Part shown: positions 34,584 to 38,406 of the stretch, piece after piece
How positions within the stretch are numbered: the stretch's first letter is position 1
How the letters are laid out: the number at the start of each line of letters is the position of its first letter
Origin: a virus
Taxonomy: Duplodnaviria; Caudoviricetes
Virus record (IMG/VR): IMGVR_UViG_3300025296_000049
Location: 1 to 38,406 of that record
Reading direction: 5' to 3' (one strand)
DNA length: 38,406 nucleotides
Translations under genes and position numbers: made by a program
The notes under the pieces: model-generated
The model's input: the letters and a program-made list of their open reading frames with translations, nothing else
Database searches by the model: none
Told to the model about the DNA's origin: nothing

Positions 34584-36500
34584 TTAGTAATCCCCCTGCT
34601 GCACCACTGCCTCGGTTTCCTCAATGGCTTGAGCTTCGGGTTGTGGAAGCTGTCCGGTCATGGCTTGCATTTCCATGGCTTCCTGCTCCTGCTTGTCCGG
34701 CATGAAACCAAGCTGCACAAGGTACTCTTCAACGTCCTTCCGCAACGCCCTCGCATTGTTGGTGTCCATCTGCTCATAGGCATTTAGCAATTCACCCAAC
34801 CTTCCGCTAATAGCTTGCTGCCCCTGTGGGCTGACTTGCATTCCGCCCTGCCGCGCTTTCTCAAGGAACTGCATAATCACCCCGATCCTTACCCGATAAT
34901 CCTGACCGCCCTCCACCGGAATCATCTCGCCCAGCATCAACGCGGGAATAATCTTCTTCTCATCAGATACCTCGCTGCCTTCCTTCTCATTCGGGTCTTG
35001 CACCAACCTCGGAATCAGGGACGGGTCTTCCAGTTCCAGAATGCTCTTGTCCAGCTCAACCTGGTTAATCCAAGGACTGTTCACAAACAACTGTTTCCGT
35101 TGCACCGCCTTGTTGAGCAGCATGGCTTTGCTCACCATGTCCATGCCTCCACGCGGTTCAATCTGGTACTCGTCGTGGAGTGCAATCGGGTCAACAGTCA
35201 GGCTGTCTTCAAGGAAACGATACTGTAAATCTTCCCCGTCAAATTGTATCAACAGTTCCCATGCCTGACGGTAAAGGCTACCCAATGCCTGACGGAAAAG
35301 GCGCAGCCGCAAATCCATGTTCTGCTGGGACTGGGCATTGATGGATTCAATCTCCGTGGCCGTGCGCCTGTCCTGCGTTGCCATTACCTGATTGATTCCG
35401 TAATCAGGAACTGTCACGCGCTGTTCAGCCACTGACTGTGTTCGCATGAGTTCCTTGTCAAAATCCATGGGAGGTTGAGGCATGGGAACCGGCGCAATTC
35501 CAAAGGGCAAAATCTGTCCCGGTTTCATCCGCAGATTAACCGAGTTTGGTAAGTCCCTTTCCGCCCTGAACAACGGCTGGTTGTACAGCGTGGCGCAGTC
35601 CATCTTTTCATTCCAAATCTTGTTCAGGCTGACCTCAAAGGTTCCCAACATCTCACACACGCCACGCGGGCTGTACCATCCGCCATCGGTAATCTCATAT
35701 TCACATGACACAAACGGAGGTTGTCCGTGGTCGTATGGTACAGCCATGGTATCGCGCAGCTTGGTTTCGGGTGACTGGGGCGAGAACGTTTCAACCTCCC
35801 ACGCACCGTCCTTCTCTTTCCGCGTGTAAACCTCCCAAACTATGATCTGGTCACGATCACGGCTAAAGGTTAACCCCTCGCGGATTTCCTTGCGGTTGCG
35901 GAGGTTGTTGCTTATTCCCTCATTATCCTCCACCCCACCCCGAATCTTATTAATGACCGCCTTGGATGTGTCATAGATGCCAGCGCGTTTATATGCCGCC
36001 TCGCTCATAGGCAGCACATGAGTCACCCTGTCGGCTCCATCCACCCCTTTTGTCCAAGGCGGTACAATCACAAAGAGCGGATCAATCGCCTGAAATTCAA
36101 CGTGCTTCTTGTCTGGATTCCAGAACACCTTCAGCACCCCGCGCCCACCCATAAGCATATGGTCAATCCAACTCATCACTTCCGTGGCGTAGTTGCTTTT
36201 CTCATGGAGCTTATAGGAAAACCATTGTTCAGCCGCCGTGGTGAATCCCGCCATCTGCGAGCGCATAGGCACAAAGGTAGCCAGCACCTCAAGCCCCATG
36301 GCTTGCTGAAAGAACCCCGGCTTCAGCTTGTTGATGGTGGTGTCTATCAACGGGAAATGCATATCAGCCGCTCCCGGCCATGGCTTGTGTTTCCGCTTCA
36401 GACCGTTGTTACGCATCTGATACCACAACGCCTGTCGCGTCTCCCATTCCACGCGGGACTTGATGTCATCGGCCACCAAGCTATAAATCTTTTCGCTCAT
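34584..36500 (-). CDS. Portal protein
   Basis: 638 aa; PWPGAA, G.GVLKVFW, RTATEI, Gln-rich barrel-like tail. Confidence 0.9.
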   Translation of the reverse strand: MSEKIYSLVADDIKSRVEWETRQALWYQMRNNGLKRKHKPWPGAADMHFPLIDTTINKLKPGFFQQAMGLEVLATFVPMRSQMAGFTTAAEQWFSYKLHEKSNYATEVMSWIDHMLMGGRGVLKVFWNPDKKHVEFQAIDPLFVIVPPWTKGVDGADRVTHVLPMSEAAYKRAGIYDTSKAVINKIRGGVEDNEGISNNLRNRKEIREGLTFSRDRDQIIVWEVYTRKEKDGAWEVETFSPQSPETKLRDTMAVPYDHGQPPFVSCEYEITDGGWYSPRGVCEMLGTFEVSLNKIWNEKMDCATLYNQPLFRAERDLPNSVNLRMKPGQILPFGIAPVPMPQPPMDFDKELMRTQSVAEQRVTVPDYGINQVMATQDRRTATEIESINAQSQQNMDLRLRLFRQALGSLYRQAWELLIQFDGEDLQYRFLEDSLTVDPIALHDEYQIEPRGGMDMVSKAMLLNKAVQRKQLFVNSPWINQVELDKSILELEDPSLIPRLVQDPNEKEGSEVSDEKKIIPALMLGEMIPVEGGQDYRVRIGVIMQFLEKARQGGMQVSPQGQQAISGRLGELLNAYEQMDTNNARALRKDVEEYLVQLGFMPDKQEQEAMEMQAMTGQLPQPEAQAIEETEAVVQQGDY

Positions 36501-36694
36501 CCTTTACGCGCCATGTTCCTGAATGTCCTTGCCAACACAGCTTGTTTCTTTGTCTTCGCACTGGCCTTGGAACCCGGCTTTAAAACCTGTGAAGCGTACT
36601 GGCTCACAGTCTTATCCGCCGCCTTGGCTTTCTTCGTGAAAGCACCTTTCTTGAGGTTCGCCTTTTGAATCCATTTACCATTTCCTTTAGCCAT
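36497..36694 (-). CDS. Small basic protein
   Basis: KWIQKA..K.GAFT.KAK...A.LA.T pattern; ATGA-coupled to the portal. Confidence 0.7.
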   Translation of the reverse strand: MAKGNGKWIQKANLKKGAFTKKAKAADKTVSQYASQVLKPGSKASAKTKKQAVLARTFRNMARKG

Positions 36695-36697
36695 AAA

Positions 36698-36829
36698 TTA
36701 TCTTCCCCTCCCACGGTTGCGACCACGCGGCTCAATCTTTCCCGCCTCAATATCCTCCTTGGTAGGCACAAGCACACCCTGCGCTGTCACCTTCCCAGCC
36801 TTCACCTTCTTCTGCTTGGCAACCTTCAT
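36698..36829 (-). CDS. 43-aa basic peptide (absent from ORF track)
   Basis: MKVAKQKKVKAGKVTAQGVLVPTKEDIEAGKIEPRGRNRGRGR; GGGGG SD-like sequence. Confidence 0.5.
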   Translation of the reverse strand: MKVAKQKKVKAGKVTAQGVLVPTKEDIEAGKIEPRGRNRGRGR

Positions 36830-36879
36830 TCAAACCCCCGTATCACAATGTGACACCACTGGCAAATAAATAATTCATC

Positions 36880-38352
36880 TTACCATCCAACTTCCATTCC
36901 CGGTGGTACAGACATGGAATCCGCTATGGCTTCCGCTTCATCATACAACTCCTCAATTGATGGACGGCTAATGCTCTCATAATATTCCCATGACCCGCCT
37001 ATCCCGCCGCCACACGCAATGCAACCCAGCACCGCATCAGCACGGTCAGGACTGGCCAGCCCCCGCGTTTTCATCCGGTCTTTAGGTTCCACTCCCAGCT
37101 TGCCTGACCGTCCCACATCACTCCTCCTCGTCACCATCTGTTGATGCAACAGCCCATCATCAAACAACCTCACCTCGCGCCGCTCAATAGCCCGCGCTGC
37201 CTGATGCCAAATCTCCGCACCCCGATTAGTGTACCTTGGGTCATACGGTTTCCCCCCAAAGTTCACCCGATGAATGTCAAACCCAGCTTCCATCAACGCA
37301 TCGCACATCGGCAAGCCCAACCCACCTTCATCCCCATACACCTCATCCCCCACCACCCCATGAATATCAAACAACTGTAATAACCTACCTATACTCTTGT
37401 TCGTGTCCCGATCCTTCCAGCATTCCATCACCGTCACCTCATTGCCCTCCCGCAACGCAAACACACATTCATCACCGCCAGCCGCAAAATCCACAAATGC
37501 ACATTTCATCCCGTCCCTTCTCTCCGGCGGTTCCTTCAAACATTTCTCCAAATCCTTCAACATCAACACCACCCCGTCATCACTGTCATCCATGAATTCC
37601 CCATAGATCATACTCCGAATCAAGGGGCTGCTCTCTCCATACGTTGCAATCTGTTCCGCTATCCAGTCCTTCGTCAAATGTGGACAGTCATAGGCCGTAA
37701 CCGTAAATGTCTCCCAACGCTGCCGCTGTTTAGTGAACGCCTCATAAAAGAATCCAGCAGCCGCACCCGGACTACTCATAATCAACAACCGACTGGGCTG
37801 ACACCGCTCAACCGCATGGAAAATCTCATCATCATGGATGCCTTTCGCTTCATCCACAATAAACAATAAATTGTTACTCTCCCCCTGCCTATGCCAACCC
37901 TCCGCCTTGTGCGGGTCACTCGCACTAAACCCAATAGCCCTTGCCCCATTAATAAACCGCAACCCACTCTGCGTAACCTCAAACCCCTCGCCCTGCGTCA
38001 ATTGCTGCACATACCGCTTCAACGTAGGCCACAAAGCACTTTCCACCTGACGATATACCCCAGCAGTACACACCACCAAACTATCAGGGAAACTAATCAC
38101 ATGCCACAACACCGCTATCGCCGCAACCATACTCGTCTTCCCACTACCATTAGCCGCTTTCAACGCCACACGGCTCTCCTTGTAATTCAATTCCTTCAAC
38201 ACATCCACCTGCCAAGGATACAAGTCCATGTCCAAGTACGTCTTCGCAAACCAATGCAAGTCAGAACGCTTTGACCTAGCCAGTTCACTCTCCTTGCCTT
38301 TCCGATTCTTTGATCCTTTCGGGCGACCAGCTTTCTTCTTGGCTTTAGTCAT
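36880..38352 (-). CDS. terL: Terminase large subunit
   Basis: Walker A AANGSGKT, Walker B FIVDEA, nuclease FVDFA..GD and SPDRADA. Confidence 0.95.
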   Translation of the reverse strand: MTKAKKKAGRPKGSKNRKGKESELARSKRSDLHWFAKTYLDMDLYPWQVDVLKELNYKESRVALKAANGSGKTSMVAAIAVLWHVISFPDSLVVCTAGVYRQVESALWPTLKRYVQQLTQGEGFEVTQSGLRFINGARAIGFSASDPHKAEGWHRQGESNNLLFIVDEAKGIHDDEIFHAVERCQPSRLLIMSSPGAAAGFFYEAFTKQRQRWETFTVTAYDCPHLTKDWIAEQIATYGESSPLIRSMIYGEFMDDSDDGVVLMLKDLEKCLKEPPERRDGMKCAFVDFAAGGDECVFALREGNEVTVMECWKDRDTNKSIGRLLQLFDIHGVVGDEVYGDEGGLGLPMCDALMEAGFDIHRVNFGGKPYDPRYTNRGAEIWHQAARAIERREVRLFDDGLLHQQMVTRRSDVGRSGKLGVEPKDRMKTRGLASPDRADAVLGCIACGGGIGGSWEYYESISRPSIEELYDEAEAIADSMSVPPGMEVGW

Positions 38353-38389
38353 ATGCTTTTTTGTTTAGGGCTATTGGATGGAGGGGGTA

Positions 38390-38406
38390 GTATTAACAGG
38401 GGAGCG
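38390..38406 (+). repeat. Terminal direct repeat, right copy
   Basis: Identical to 1..17. Confidence 0.95.

Larger units (their letters stand above)
1..38406. mobile_element. Complete circular temperate podovirus-like phage genome
   Basis: Terminase, portal, capsid, short-tail genes, integrase and replication genes are all present, with no host housekeeping genes. Ends overlap by 17 nt and TerS-TerL order is continuous across the junction. Confidence 0.93.

Noticed and set aside
1-38406. Alternative genetic code or stop-codon readthrough
   Set aside because: Core genes are full length under the standard code, and TAA, TAG and TGA all act as stops.

Overview
The window appears to be a complete, circular ~38.4 kb temperate short-tailed (podovirus-like) dsDNA phage genome. 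A 17-nt terminal overlap joins terminase small subunit (93..536) to terminase large subunit (36880..38352) across the ends. It has three blocks. (1) A + strand early region (765..5489) of small genes, including beta-clamp-like and Ocr-like proteins and a 59-aa histone-fold candidate missed by the ORF track. (2) A - strand integration/recombination/replication operon (5486..14448): tyrosine integrase, two HTH excisionase-like genes, RecT, DUF2800-like exonuclease, SSB, C5 methyltransferase, DnaA C-terminal-like protein, RusA-like, Lar-like and a YdaU/DUF1376 initiator. It is followed by an attP candidate with a tRNA-Arg(TCT) anticodon-arm core and a lone RHH regulator. (3) A - strand late operon: terminase, portal, scaffold, N4-gp56-type capsid, tail fibre, holin/spanin genes, adaptor, nozzle, three internal virion proteins and a metallophosphoesterase. 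The most unusual observations are two neighbouring enzymes (RusA-like and C5 MTase) whose conserved motifs are split between overlapping frames, the histone-like ORF, a pseudoknotted RNA candidate, genes flanked by duplications of the upstream gene's 3' end, a repeated 14-bp operator-like motif, and no recognisable endolysin or CI repressor. All calls come from reading motifs by eye; no searches were run.
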